A stretch of DNA of 64,000 nt, taken from the NCBI GenBank assembly GCA_965218425.1, contig OZ244621.1, positions 544,001 to 608,000 of the forward strand, given 5' to 3'. The stretch is from an uncultured Candidatus Binatia bacterium. Its GTDB lineage: Bacteria > Desulfobacterota > Binatia > UBA9968 > CAXXLF01. This document shows positions 19,882 to 30,088 of this stretch, piece by piece. How positions within the stretch are numbered: the first letter of the stretch is position 1; every line of letters begins with the position of its first letter. The position numbers and the translations under genes are program-made. The notes under the pieces were generated by a model. It did not search any database and was not told the DNA's origin. It saw nothing but the letters and a program-made list of their open reading frames with translations.

Positions 19882-20979
19882 CTATGGGCGCATTCGTTCC
19901 CGCGCCCTTCGCATCGCGGCGCGAATCTTAGCCTCGTCAATTCCCAGGACGCGCACGGCGTTGGCAAAATCGGGCGGTGGCGGACCAATGGCGGCACGCA
20001 GATCATTCACCGAGACTCCAAGCTCTTCGGCGGCGGCCCTTAGCACTGCCCTGCGCCCCCTCCCTGGACCCGATCCTGGCCCACCTGGCCGTCGCTCATT
20101 GGCGCTGTTCTGTATAGAGACTTTTGTGAGATCGCCGCGAAAGCATCCCATGGTGTATGGATACGCTACGGTAAAATGATAATGAAAAACGGATTTGGAA
20201 TTTCCGTCCCATTTCACTTGATGGATGTGACCGTGACATTCATCCAGATCGTTGACCTGAAGCTCCTTTCCGCCCGCGCCGAAGAGACCGTAAATGCCAA
20301 AGCCGTCAATGGCGTACCCCAAAAGGTCACTGTGACCACCAGCCTCAGAACGGGTGTCGTTAATGCATTTCGAGTAATCGTGATAGTGATATTGGCCCGT
20401 ACGTTGGGGATGACCATTACACGAATCCTGAATCTCGTGGGCCGGTGCATCTCGGCCCTGGGCATCCAGGGCATTGTAAAGCGCAACGCCGGTCAAAGCG
20501 AAACCCACCATGCCCATGGGCACGCAGGTGGGAGCCGGCGCCAGGGTGGGCACGGCGGGAAGTACCATGATAATATCTTGTTCCTCGATGGAATTGGGGT
20601 TTCGATCGTATCGATAGGCGTCATCAGTCGGGCTGATGGGAAATCTGCCCGTTGCGTGTGTGGGAAGATTATTGGCGCGAACAAGCCTCTTGTCGCCCAC
20701 AACAGATACCGTAATCGAGGAATTGGGCCACATGATTTGACCGTCGACCCTGGGTTTGCCCGCCGGGTCCCAGGTGCCCGCATCAATCCATTCGCCGCGC
20801 CGGTGTGCTCCACCACCGAAAAACGAAGTCCGGCAGGAAAACACGTGGCCCAACTCCGGGGTCCGCGAGATTTTGCCGTCGCCCAGGGGCAAAGGATGTA
20901 CGTGGCCTGGACTGACTGACCCAATCGTTAAAATCAGCGAAGTTACAAGTCCAATGACGATTGACTTCACGACACACAT
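19882..20979 (-). CDS. YHYH domain protein, exported
   Basis: DSCNGH...YHYH, GYAIDGFGIYG, LDECHGH...FHYH, YPYTMGCFRG; signal-peptide-like N-terminus. Confidence 0.88.
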   Translation of the reverse strand: MCVVKSIVIGLVTSLILTIGSVSPGHVHPLPLGDGKISRTPELGHVFSCRTSFFGGGAHRRGEWIDAGTWDPAGKPRVDGQIMWPNSSITVSVVGDKRLVRANNLPTHATGRFPISPTDDAYRYDRNPNSIEEQDIIMVLPAVPTLAPAPTCVPMGMVGFALTGVALYNALDAQGRDAPAHEIQDSCNGHPQRTGQYHYHDYSKCINDTRSEAGGHSDLLGYAIDGFGIYGLFGAGGKELQVNDLDECHGHIHQVKWDGNSKSVFHYHFTVAYPYTMGCFRGDLTKVSIQNSANERRPGGPGSGPGRGRRAVLRAAAEELGVSVNDLRAAIGPPPPDFANAVRVLGIDEAKIRAAMRRARERMRP

Positions 20980-21023
20980 TTGACAGTCGACGGTTGCAGA
21001 CAGGGACCCGGATTTAAGTTCCA

Positions 21024-21440
21024 GTGATGGGTCCCATGTCCGGTCGATACCTCATCAATAGGAGACTCTACATTATTGGCTGGGTATACCGACGCAGCGG
21101 GTATATTTGTCGATGTGACCAAACCCATGTCGTCGCTAAGAAAAAGCAACCGCCAAAGCCGGGTGAAACGGTTAGCCGGGTTAAAAAGAGACCTCAACGC
21201 CAACTTCCGGCAGAAACCTCACCGAAGGAAACTATCCTTAGCAGAATCGATGTTGACGCGGTCACATCCTATACCGGTCGATGGGTCAATACGATGACGA
21301 AGGACGGCATCGAACGAGAGGGTAAGATCCTGGATGTGGCGGACGAATCGCTGCGCATCGAACAAAATTTTAATTTCGGTTCAATGACCACCGACGCCAA
21401 GTCTCGCGAGATATTGGACCTTCTCGTCTCGGATTCGTAA
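21024..21440 (+). CDS. Hypothetical protein, possibly a gene remnant
   Basis: 138 aa ORF. The C-terminal half looks like a globular beta domain; the N-terminal half does not look protein-like. Confidence 0.35.
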   Translation: MMGPMSGRYLINRRLYIIGWVYRRSGYICRCDQTHVVAKKKQPPKPGETVSRVKKRPQRQLPAETSPKETILSRIDVDAVTSYTGRWVNTMTKDGIEREGKILDVADESLRIEQNFNFGSMTTDAKSREILDLLVSDS

Positions 21441-21514
21441 TAGCAATAGTAAGACCCTTCAAACAGTTCGAATAGTTTAATTCGTTCAATCCTTCCCAAT
21501 CCGAATTACTACGC

Positions 21515-22096
21515 CTACATCAAGACCACATTGGCGCCTCTCGATTTATAGGTGTGTCTTTTCACCCGATCGAGCTTCTGTGCTTCAAGCCGAATGATTT
21601 TACTTGGACCGTCACCTGCAGGGCCGGTCATGTGGATCTCGCCAGGAAGAAAAAAGGCGGCTTGACCCGTATCCTGGGTAAAGCGGTCGTATTCTTTCAG
21701 CTCCGGTGTTTTCCGGTCCCCGTTCTCCGGACAGGTCCAGCGGAACTTCACCTGTTGAGTAGCGCCCTTAAACACGCCATAGACCACAAAAGAGGCACCA
21801 TGGTCATGGGGATAGCGTTCACGTGAACCGCCCTGTGCATTGGGATCAGGGATAGAGATCATGAGGCAAAAACCCGGATCTGGATGTCCATGCTCCGGAT
21901 CCACATGGAGATCAATTCGTCCCGTGCGACCGGCGGCCCTCTTTTGGATTTCGTCCGGGAGGCCGGGTGAAAGCAGAAGATTCTCCATGTGCTTGGAGAT
22001 GGCCCCCGCTTGCGCGCGCGGGTCCTCCGTGCCCGCAAAGACCTTCTTCACATCCTCGATAAACCGATCAATGGTATAGGTACTGGATTCTGACAT
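21515..22096 (-). CDS. Cupin-fold protein, cysteine dioxygenase-like metal site
   Basis: PHDHG...YGV...PGEIH 3-His pattern; AGGAGG RBS before the ATG at 22096. Confidence 0.7.
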   Translation of the reverse strand: MSESSTYTIDRFIEDVKKVFAGTEDPRAQAGAISKHMENLLLSPGLPDEIQKRAAGRTGRIDLHVDPEHGHPDPGFCLMISIPDPNAQGGSRERYPHDHGASFVVYGVFKGATQQVKFRWTCPENGDRKTPELKEYDRFTQDTGQAAFFLPGEIHMTGPAGDGPSKIIRLEAQKLDRVKRHTYKSRGANVVLM

Positions 22097-22165
22097 GGCT
22101 AAACCTCCTTTAGATTCAATGGGTTCATACCGATCAAGTTGACAATCTACCGCCAAGCGCAAGGG

Positions 22166-22265
22166 AATATCAAGGGATTTATGGCGGAGGGATCCGGTCC
22201 ATTCCTGGCAACGGGGACGTCTTGTACCAACCATCCGACTTCCGCTAGTGATCCGTGGAGATTAT
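22166..22265 (+). promoter_or_regulatory. Structured metH leader with SAM-I riboswitch-like words (degenerate)
   Basis: ATCAAG, GGCGGAGGGA, GGCAAC, GTACCAA and GGAGAT occur in SAM-I order, but P1 pairing is poor. Confidence 0.25.
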
Positions 22266-22299
22266 GCTAGAATAACTTGCATTCGCAGTCAAATGGGCA

Positions 22300-25200
22300 G
22301 TGATGGGAGATTCCGTAAAGCAAATCCAAGATCTCATTTCTGAGAGAATTCTCCTCTTCGATGGTGCCACCGGGACCATGATCCAGGCCCTTAACTTGGA
22401 TGAACAGGACTTTCGTGGGAAGCGTTTTGCCAACCATAACCGACCTCTCAAGGGATGCAATGATCTACTTTCGGTCACTCAACCGGCGGCTATTGAGAAA
22501 ATCCACCGGCAGTATTTAGAGGCCGGTTCCGACATCATCGAAACCAATACCTTCAATTCCAACGTTATTTCTCTTGCGGACTACGGATTGGAGGAAGAGG
22601 CCTACAATATCAATGTGGCGGCGGCAAAGGTGGCGCGCAGGGCAGTTGAAGAGGCTAATCGGCAAACTCCGGATAAACCTCGACTCATCGCCGGCGCAAT
22701 CGGGCCCACAAACCGAACCGCTTCCCTTTCTCCCGACGTCAATAATCCGGCCTTCCGTGCGGTTACCTTCGATGAACTGGTCCAGGCATATTCTGAACAG
22801 GTGCGTGGATTGCTCGATGGGGGCGTGGACCTCCTTCTTCCCGAGACCACTTTCGACACCTTAAACCTCAAGGCTTGCCTGTTCGCTATAGATCATCTGC
22901 TGGAGGAACGTGGCGTTCGCATTCCTGTCTTCGCCTCGGTAACCATTACCGACAGAAGCGGGCGAACCCTTTCCGGACAAACTCTCGAAGCCTTTCTCGC
23001 TTCCATCTCCCACGCGGATCTGGTCGCGGTAGGAATGAACTGCGCTCTGGGGCCGGATTTGATGTCTCCCTATGTTGAAGAGCTGGCGCGCCTCTCCCCT
23101 CTTCCGGCTTTTGCGTATCCCAACGCCGGGTTGCCCAACGAATTTGGCGGCTATGACATGGGTCCAGACGAATTGGCCGGTGCTCTCAAAAATTGGGTTG
23201 ACGAAGGGTGGGTCAATCTGCTCGGCGGTTGCTGCGGCACCAAACCCGAGCACATCGCTGCCATTGCTGAAGTCCTTCGGGGCGCACGCCCCCGGAAACC
23301 TCCCGAGCCGGACTATTTCACTCACTTGAGTGGTCTCGAGGAGTTAACCATTCGACCGGAATCAAATTTCATCATGATCGGCGAACGCACCAACGTGGCG
23401 GGCTCACGGAAGTTTGCCCGTTTGATCCGCGAAGAGAATTACGAGGAGGCCCTCGCCGTGGCCAAAGAGCAGATTGAGGACGGCGCCAATCTCATCGACG
23501 TGAACATGGACGAGGGAATGCTCGACTCGGTCAAAGCCATGCGGGTATTTCTCAATCAGATCGCCGCCGAACCCGATATCGCACGCGTGCCCATTGTCAT
23601 CGACAGTTCCAACTTTGAAGTCATTGAGGCGGGACTCAAATGCGTCCAGGGAAAGACAGTGGTCAACTCCATCTCCCTCAAAGAGGGGGAAGAGGAGTTC
23701 AAGCAGCGCGCGCGCCTCGTCAAACGCTACGGGGCGGCGGTGGTGGTCATGGCCTTTGACGAGGAAAAACAGGCTACGACCGTGGAGGACCGAATTCGCG
23801 TGGTTAAACGTTGCCACAAAATCCTTACAGAAGAGATCGGATTCGATGAAAGCGACATAATATTCGACACCAACATCCTTGTCGTAGCCACGGGAATCGA
23901 AGAGCACAACGACTATGCCATCAATTTCATCGAAGCCGCACAGCAGATCAAAGAGCTCTTTCCCCGCTGCCACCTCTCCGGCGGCGTGAGCAACCTCTCC
24001 TTTTCCTTCCGGGGAAACGATACCATCCGTGAGGCAATGCATTCCGCCTTTCTCTACCACGCCATCCAGGCCGGCATGGACATGGGCATAGTGAATGCCG
24101 GGCAACTAGCCGTCTATGAGGAGATCCCCGAGGACCTGCTTAAGGTGGTGGAAGATGTTTTGTTCAATCGTCGCGCCGACGCCACGGAACGACTGTTGGA
24201 ATTCGCCGAGGGAGTCAAAGGTATTAAAAAAGAGGTTGAAGTAGAGACGGGTAGGGAGAATGAGGACGTTGACCATCGTCTTTCCCACGCCGTCCTCAAA
24301 GGAATCACAGAATACATCGAGACTGATTTGGAGGAGGCGCTCAAAAAGTACGACCGGCCCTTGCAAATCATCGAGGGCCCTCTCATGAACGGCATGAGCG
24401 TGGTGGGAGATCTATTTGGCGAGGGGAAAATGTTTCTCCCCCAAGTGGTGAAAAGCGCGCGGGTGATGAAAAAGGCCGTCGCTTATTTGACTCCGCTTAT
24501 CGAGGCGGAGAAACAGGCGGTGGATCAAAATCAGGCCAGGAAAAAGATCGTTATGGCCACAGTAAAGGGTGACGTCCATGATATCGGAAAGAATATCGTA
24601 GGGGTGGTGCTTGGATGCAACAATTATGAAGTCGTCGATCTTGGGGTGATGGCTCCCTCGGACAAGATCATCAATACCGCAATCGAAGAGAAAGCCAACG
24701 TGGTTGGCCTAAGCGGTCTCATTACGCCGTCTTTGGATGAGATGGTTCACGTGGCAAAGGAAATGGAGCGTCGAGGCATGGACGTCCCCCTATTAATCGG
24801 TGGCGCCACCACCAGCAAGAGACACACGGCCGTCAAGATCGCCCCCTCCTACCGCCATGAGACCATCCATGTCATCGATGCCTCACGGGCGGTACCCGTT
24901 ATGGGCAATCTCATGAGCCCCGAATCCCGTAAGGCCCTAGATGTGCAAAACCGGGCTGAACAAAAAAAGATCGTTGCTGACTTCGAGGGGAAACAAGCGG
25001 CACCATTATTGACTTACGAGGAGGCCGTGCGACGTAAAAAACATAACGAATGGGACGAGTCGCACATCGCGGTGCCAACCTTTACCGGCCGCAAACAACT
25101 CCGTGAATTTCCTCTGTCGGAACTTGTTCCATTCATTGATTGGTCGCCGTTTTTTCACGCGTGGGAGATAAGGGGAAGCTTTCCCGGGCTTCTGGACGAT

Positions 25201-25983
25201 CCAACGAGGGGGCCCGCGGCAAAGGAGTTGTTTGCCAATGCCAAAGAGCTCTTACAGGAGATTGTGGAAAATAAATTACTCACCGCGCATGCTGTTTACG
25301 GCCTCTATCCCGCCAACAGCGAGGGTGATGATATTGTTCTCTACACTGACCCCTCCCGCTCTCGGGAACTCAAACGCTTCCATACCCTCCGCCAGCAAAA
25401 AGAAAACCAACGCAACGCCTCCCAGATGGCCCTTGCGGACTTCATTGCCCCGCGAAGCACCGGCTTGGTGGATTACATGGGTGCATTTGCCGTAACCGCA
25501 GGACACGGCGCTGAAAAACTGGTGGAGCGTTTTGAAAAAGACCACGATCAGTATAATTCCATTATGGCAAAGGCCCTGGCCGACCGGCTTGCCGAAGCAT
25601 TTGCCGAATATCTACACAAGAGGGTCCGGATTGAGTGGGGCTACGGCAAAGAGGAGAACCTGACCAACCAGGAACTAGTGGCCGAGCTTTATCGGGGCAT
25701 CCGCCCCGCCCCGGGTTATCCCGCTTGCCCTGACCACACTGAGAAATCCATCCTCTTTGAGCTCCTGGACGTCGAAAAGGCTACTGGTATTACCATGACG
25801 GAACACTATGCCATGCTTCCCCACGCCACAGTGTGCGGTTTGTATTTCGCCCATAAAGAGTCCCGCTATTTTGCTGTGGGTCCATTGGATAAGGATCAGG
25901 TGGAATCCTACGCCCAGCGCAAAGGAATGAGCATCCCTGAAACGGAACGCTGGCTTTCCCCCAACCTGGGCTACGAACCCTAA
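22300..25983 (+). CDS. metH: Cobalamin-dependent methionine synthase
   Basis: 1227 aa with [31 protein letters not shown] and [12 protein letters not shown]. Confidence 0.99.
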   Translation: MMGDSVKQIQDLISERILLFDGATGTMIQALNLDEQDFRGKRFANHNRPLKGCNDLLSVTQPAAIEKIHRQYLEAGSDIIETNTFNSNVISLADYGLEEEAYNINVAAAKVARRAVEEANRQTPDKPRLIAGAIGPTNRTASLSPDVNNPAFRAVTFDELVQAYSEQVRGLLDGGVDLLLPETTFDTLNLKACLFAIDHLLEERGVRIPVFASVTITDRSGRTLSGQTLEAFLASISHADLVAVGMNCALGPDLMSPYVEELARLSPLPAFAYPNAGLPNEFGGYDMGPDELAGALKNWVDEGWVNLLGGCCGTKPEHIAAIAEVLRGARPRKPPEPDYFTHLSGLEELTIRPESNFIMIGERTNVAGSRKFARLIREENYEEALAVAKEQIEDGANLIDVNMDEGMLDSVKAMRVFLNQIAAEPDIARVPIVIDSSNFEVIEAGLKCVQGKTVVNSISLKEGEEEFKQRARLVKRYGAAVVVMAFDEEKQATTVEDRIRVVKRCHKILTEEIGFDESDIIFDTNILVVATGIEEHNDYAINFIEAAQQIKELFPRCHLSGGVSNLSFSFRGNDTIREAMHSAFLYHAIQAGMDMGIVNAGQLAVYEEIPEDLLKVVEDVLFNRRADATERLLEFAEGVKGIKKEVEVETGRENEDVDHRLSHAVLKGITEYIETDLEEALKKYDRPLQIIEGPLMNGMSVVGDLFGEGKMFLPQVVKSARVMKKAVAYLTPLIEAEKQAVDQNQARKKIVMATVKGDVHDIGKNIVGVVLGCNNYEVVDLGVMAPSDKIINTAIEEKANVVGLSGLITPSLDEMVHVAKEMERRGMDVPLLIGGATTSKRHTAVKIAPSYRHETIHVIDASRAVPVMGNLMSPESRKALDVQNRAEQKKIVADFEGKQAAPLLTYEEAVRRKKHNEWDESHIAVPTFTGRKQLREFPLSELVPFIDWSPFFHAWEIRGSFPGLLDDPTRGPAAKELFANAKELLQEIVENKLLTAHAVYGLYPANSEGDDIVLYTDPSRSRELKRFHTLRQQKENQRNASQMALADFIAPRSTGLVDYMGAFAVTAGHGAEKLVERFEKDHDQYNSIMAKALADRLAEAFAEYLHKRVRIEWGYGKEENLTNQELVAELYRGIRPAPGYPACPDHTEKSILFELLDVEKATGITMTEHYAMLPHATVCGLYFAHKESRYFAVGPLDKDQVESYAQRKGMSIPETERWLSPNLGYEP

Positions 25984-26013
25984 CCCAATTACCATAGATA
26001 TGGGTCTCCCCTT

Positions 26014-26808
26014 CTACCGACTGGTGGGCCAATAGCGGCCCTTCTTTTCGGTAAGAGTCAAAGTAACGCTATACAGTTTTCTTAAGACATCTTGTTTCAA
26101 GAGCGCGCTTGTAGTCCCGGCCTCAAGCACCCTACCCTTCTTCAAGATCAGCATTTTTTTAAAGAGAGGAAGGATTTCTTCGATGTGGTGGGTTACGTAG
26201 ATGAGAGCCGGAACCTGTTTCTGACGACCAAGCTCTCGGAGACTTTCTAGAAAATTCTCCCTTCCACCCGGGTCCATTCCAGCGCACGGCTCATCGAGAA
26301 ATATTAGATAAGGTTTGGTCATGCGCGCCCGGGCGATGAGAACCTTTTGCTGTTCCCCTTGGGACAGGGTACCAAACTCTTGCTCCAACAGACCGGCACA
26401 GCCCATCTGGACTAAATATTCCTCGGCCTGGGAATAATCCTTTTTGGTGGGCCTTCCCCAAGGACCTTCCAGAAGTCCAATTTGAGCAAACTTTCCAGAT
26501 ACCACGGTCCTCAAGATTTTCTCGCGGGATGGCATCTCGAATGGCAGCGTGGAAGTCACCCAACCAATGCTCTTTCTGAGATCTCGAAGATTGATCAGGA
26601 CTTCTCCATTACGGTAGATTTCACCGCCGTCATTTGGCCAAATGTAACCGCAAGCAGCCTTGAGAAGAGTTGTTTTCCCCGATCCATTGGACCCAAGAAT
26701 CACCCAGTGCTCTCCCTGTTCAACCGTCCAGTCAACGGAATCCAGGATTTTTTTCCCGTCCACGGTATAAGAAACGTTGTGTAGTTCCAGGGCGGGGATC
26801 TTTTTCAT
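26014..26808 (-). CDS. ABC transporter ATP-binding protein (ModF/YlmA-like)
   Basis: GSNGSGKT, LSQGEQQ, IFLDEP, VTHH. Confidence 0.9.
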   Translation of the reverse strand: MKKIPALELHNVSYTVDGKKILDSVDWTVEQGEHWVILGSNGSGKTTLLKAACGYIWPNDGGEIYRNGEVLINLRDLRKSIGWVTSTLPFEMPSREKILRTVVSGKFAQIGLLEGPWGRPTKKDYSQAEEYLVQMGCAGLLEQEFGTLSQGEQQKVLIARARMTKPYLIFLDEPCAGMDPGGRENFLESLRELGRQKQVPALIYVTHHIEEILPLFKKMLILKKGRVLEAGTTSALLKQDVLRKLYSVTLTLTEKKGRYWPTSR

Positions 26809-26957
26809 AGCTACATCCATCTTCCAAAAGTACGACGCACCGGGCTTAATCACATGGAGGATCAGAGAGGCTGACGGCTGCAGAATCAGAGAGGGTAAGG
26901 CGAAAGAGTTGATCCCAATAGAATTTGTAATTCGGAACCGAAAAAAGTTGCTGATCC

Positions 26958-28505
26958 TTACTTCCGCGTGCGTCTCATGGCTTTTCCCAAGGCTACCAAG
27001 AACATCACGCTCTTGCCAGCCGCGTGGGGTGAAAAGAACTCCGTCACGTCGTCATCGAAAAAGGTAAGACCGGAGGCCCCGAGGCGTTGGGCATAGGCGG
27101 ACAGATAGAGTCTTCCGCCGGCAATACCGGCTTCTAACTGGGCCGCGCGATAACCGCGGTTCCCCAACCGTTCCAAGATCAGGTTGAGATCCGCCAAAAA
27201 GAAAACATCGACGCTGGCATCGGCAGGTATCTCTTGACCCAACCCCAGGTGCCCCGCTTCCTGCCTGAAATTGCCCTCCTTTATCAGTTCAAGGGCCAAG
27301 TCGTCTCGGTGAAACACATACGCACCGGGGGATAGCTCATCCACTGCGTTGACGATGAGGTATAGTTCGTTCAAGGCACCACCATTGGAAAAATCACCGG
27401 GGATGCGAGCCGTGGCTAGCTTGAGCATGGTTGAGAGTTGGGCAAAGGTAATGCTTTCATGAGCAAACTGTCGGGTGGAGCCGCGACGAACAATGACCTG
27501 CTCTATGGTATCTCCCGGCGTCTCCTCCGGGGGATGAGGTCGTAGAGATATGATGGGTCCACTGGGCTTTCCCTCTTTTTTGCTTGGGTCGCCGCCTGAA
27601 GACTGCTGGCGCCAGGTGGCAACTTCTTCCCGGCTTTCCAAAGACGACGCCCTGTGCATATTTCGGATGGCTGGATAGTCAACTTCGTTATTGGATAGAG
27701 CCATGGTCTCCAAATGAAGCGGCCCCATGTCGGGCGAAGGGACAGGCGGCGCAGATGCAGCGTCTCCAAGGGGGACTAGGGTCAGAGCACCTTCACGCTC
27801 AGGGTCGAGACCCAAAAGTTCAGCAAGGGCTCTGTCCACGAAACCCACGACCACACGGGATCTCACTCTGCGCGCCGCCGTTGCGGCCAACAGGTTAGCC
27901 AGAATCGTACCGCTGTCCCAAAAGCAATGACGATAGGCTCGATCCTGGTATTTCCACGAGTTGCGCCAGTAGGTGGAGGCACACACCAACGTCGCCGGGG
28001 CACTGGCCACGGAGGGTTCTTGACCACTGGCCTCTATAACAACGGAGCGGTAATCCCCGGGGCGGAGCTTTCTAAGCGTAAAGTCGTTGGGACTGAAATG
28101 ATAGACCCCTGCTTTCAAATCGGATAGTTCACCTGTGATCAGGTAGAGATCAATGTGATAGAGCGCCCCAGTACACGCAGCCGCACGAAAAAGAATCTCC
28201 CCTCCTGGATAGGCCTTTCGTTTGGTAACCCCAGCGGAGAAATGAAGGATCTCCGCTAAAATCTGTCTATTGATATTGGGTTGACCATTTTGCGTAGAGC
28301 CTGTGATCGAGACTGCGGTGAGAGCAGGAATCCCGGAAGAGGAAAGGTCCTGGGGTATGGGGATGGCGTCAAGCGTGGAGTAGATTTTAAAAGGGAGTGG
28401 CTGGTTTTCCCAGTCCAGGAAATGCGGGTTGGTGCGTATGCTGTAAAACGAATGTTTGGTACGATTATGATAATCCCATGCGGCTTCGAGTTCGCGGTTA
28501 TTCAT
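26958..28505 (-). CDS. SagB/ThcOx family dehydrogenase (tandem nitroreductase-like domains)
   Basis: YHNRTKH, FRAAACTGALY, WKYQDRAYRH, RRGSTRQF, RGYRAAQLEAG. Confidence 0.88.
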   Translation of the reverse strand: MNNRELEAAWDYHNRTKHSFYSIRTNPHFLDWENQPLPFKIYSTLDAIPIPQDLSSSGIPALTAVSITGSTQNGQPNINRQILAEILHFSAGVTKRKAYPGGEILFRAAACTGALYHIDLYLITGELSDLKAGVYHFSPNDFTLRKLRPGDYRSVVIEASGQEPSVASAPATLVCASTYWRNSWKYQDRAYRHCFWDSGTILANLLAATAARRVRSRVVVGFVDRALAELLGLDPEREGALTLVPLGDAASAPPVPSPDMGPLHLETMALSNNEVDYPAIRNMHRASSLESREEVATWRQQSSGGDPSKKEGKPSGPIISLRPHPPEETPGDTIEQVIVRRGSTRQFAHESITFAQLSTMLKLATARIPGDFSNGGALNELYLIVNAVDELSPGAYVFHRDDLALELIKEGNFRQEAGHLGLGQEIPADASVDVFFLADLNLILERLGNRGYRAAQLEAGIAGGRLYLSAYAQRLGASGLTFFDDDVTEFFSPHAAGKSVMFLVALGKAMRRTRK

Positions 28506-28522
28506 AGAAACTGCAACGCACC

Positions 28523-29665
28523 TCAGGCAATCTCAAGGAACTCTTCCACTGCAATGGAGTCCCTGTTCGGCTCACGGTAAACATTCATTAGATCTCCACC
28601 CCTTTCCATCAGCTCAATCTGATTCATTAATAGCTGACGGTAAAGGGCGATTCCCTTGTCGGAAGTCGCAAGGTGCTCGGTCTCACGGCTGGCCACTTCT
28701 CCCTGAGTCACTACAGCCATGTGGTCTTGACCGTTGGCGGTGTCCAGAAGGAAATTTCCGCTGTCGTTCATTCCCGGCACGTTCACGAAATGAGGCGTTT
28801 CCTCCCAAGGAATGGAGAACCCTGTCCTCTCAGCCAAATACACCACAAACCACGTGCGGGTATCATCCAGTGGAAGCACGAAATTGATTACCTTACTGTT
28901 CTCAACCGATCCAACCAGTGTCGTGGCGGGGAAAAAAGTCGGCGCTCCAACTTTCCAACTGATTTCCTTATCGCTTCCGACCATGTGTCGCTCGATGATA
29001 CCGTTTTCAAACAGATCGAAGGCAATCCTCTGAATCGGTTTCGGAGCGTAGTGGCCCAGGAATTCCTCCAGTTGACCTCCCCCCTTGATTCGAAGGACAT
29101 GTTCAAAAAAACGGCCGTGAAGAAACTCCACATGGTAGGGGTCAAGAAGATTTTCCATCACCTGCAGCCAATTGCACTGGATCACCGTGCCGTTGATCTC
29201 ACGCACGGCATCGTCCCAAACCAGCGTGTTGTAACGGGGCAATCTAGGCACCGGCTCAGGTCCTAGGTAAGCAAAGATTAGCCCGCCCAATTCCTGAGCA
29301 GGATACTCCCTTGTCCTCACCCGGTCCCTGAAAAAACCTCGCAATGGGCTCAACGGTCGATCCACACACCCGCCTATGGAGTTAAACAACCAGCCCTGGT
29401 AGGACCAGCGCAGATTTTTATGCTCCGGTATGCTGTGCGCCAGAGACCCATTCCTATGGACCGAAGACTCGGCCAGAACCCGTACCCGGCCTTTTTTATC
29501 CCTGCAAACGATTAACGGCTCGCTCAGGACATTGATCTTCTTTACCTGACGATTGTTTAGCTCCGCGACCGCCGCCACTGGATGCCAGTAACGGCGCATG
29601 AGGTGCCCCATGGGGGTACTGGGTCCCACCCGAGTCAATGTCTCGTTTTGTCCTTGAGTCAGCAT
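28523..29665 (-). CDS. Rieske oxygenase alpha-subunit homolog with degenerate [2Fe-2S] ligands
   Basis: LTRVGPSTPMGHLMRRYWHP, ENLLDPYHVEFLH and QD are present, but SVH and WSYQ replace CxH and CxxH. Confidence 0.85.
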   Translation of the reverse strand: MLTQGQNETLTRVGPSTPMGHLMRRYWHPVAAVAELNNRQVKKINVLSEPLIVCRDKKGRVRVLAESSVHRNGSLAHSIPEHKNLRWSYQGWLFNSIGGCVDRPLSPLRGFFRDRVRTREYPAQELGGLIFAYLGPEPVPRLPRYNTLVWDDAVREINGTVIQCNWLQVMENLLDPYHVEFLHGRFFEHVLRIKGGGQLEEFLGHYAPKPIQRIAFDLFENGIIERHMVGSDKEISWKVGAPTFFPATTLVGSVENSKVINFVLPLDDTRTWFVVYLAERTGFSIPWEETPHFVNVPGMNDSGNFLLDTANGQDHMAVVTQGEVASRETEHLATSDKGIALYRQLLMNQIELMERGGDLMNVYREPNRDSIAVEEFLEIA

Positions 29666-29705
29666 GCAATGGACCGACGATCCTATTGCGACAACCTAGG
29701 GCACA

Positions 29706-30029
29706 TTACTTCTCGTTGGCCTCTTTTAGAAGAGGGGCAAGCTCACCCCGCTCGTGCATTTCGTGAATGATATCGCAGCCTCCGATAAACTGACCCTTGA
29801 CATAAACCTGTGGAATGGTTGGCCATTTGGAGTACTGCTTGACCCCCTCACGAACCTGTGGATCCTCGAGCACATCGACTGTCTCAAATGGAACTCCATA
29901 GGATTGTAAAATTTCCATAGTATGCGCCGAGAAGCCACATTGCGGGAATTGAGGGTTCCCTTTCATGAACACCAGCACGTTGCTCTTCTTGACCTGCTCC
30001 TCGATCTTTTTGATTACGTCGTCTGCCAT
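29706..30029 (-). CDS. grxD: Monothiol glutaredoxin, Grx4 family
   Basis: FMKG, PQCGFS, WPTIPQVY, GGCDI. Confidence 0.97.
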   Translation of the reverse strand: MADDVIKKIEEQVKKSNVLVFMKGNPQFPQCGFSAHTMEILQSYGVPFETVDVLEDPQVREGVKQYSKWPTIPQVYVKGQFIGGCDIIHEMHERGELAPLLKEANEK

Positions 30030-30088
30030 GTGAATCCCTCCTCGCTTTTTTATAATAATTTAATTCTTTCCTGACTGTCTAGCTCCAC

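Noticed and set aside
26861..26894. Direct repeat ATCAGAGAGG twice
   Set aside because: Only two 10-mers with no supporting context; could be chance.
26958..28505. RiPP (azole-containing peptide) cluster around the SagB-type gene
   Set aside because: No YcaO, precursor peptide or processing peptidase is nearby; stand-alone members are common.
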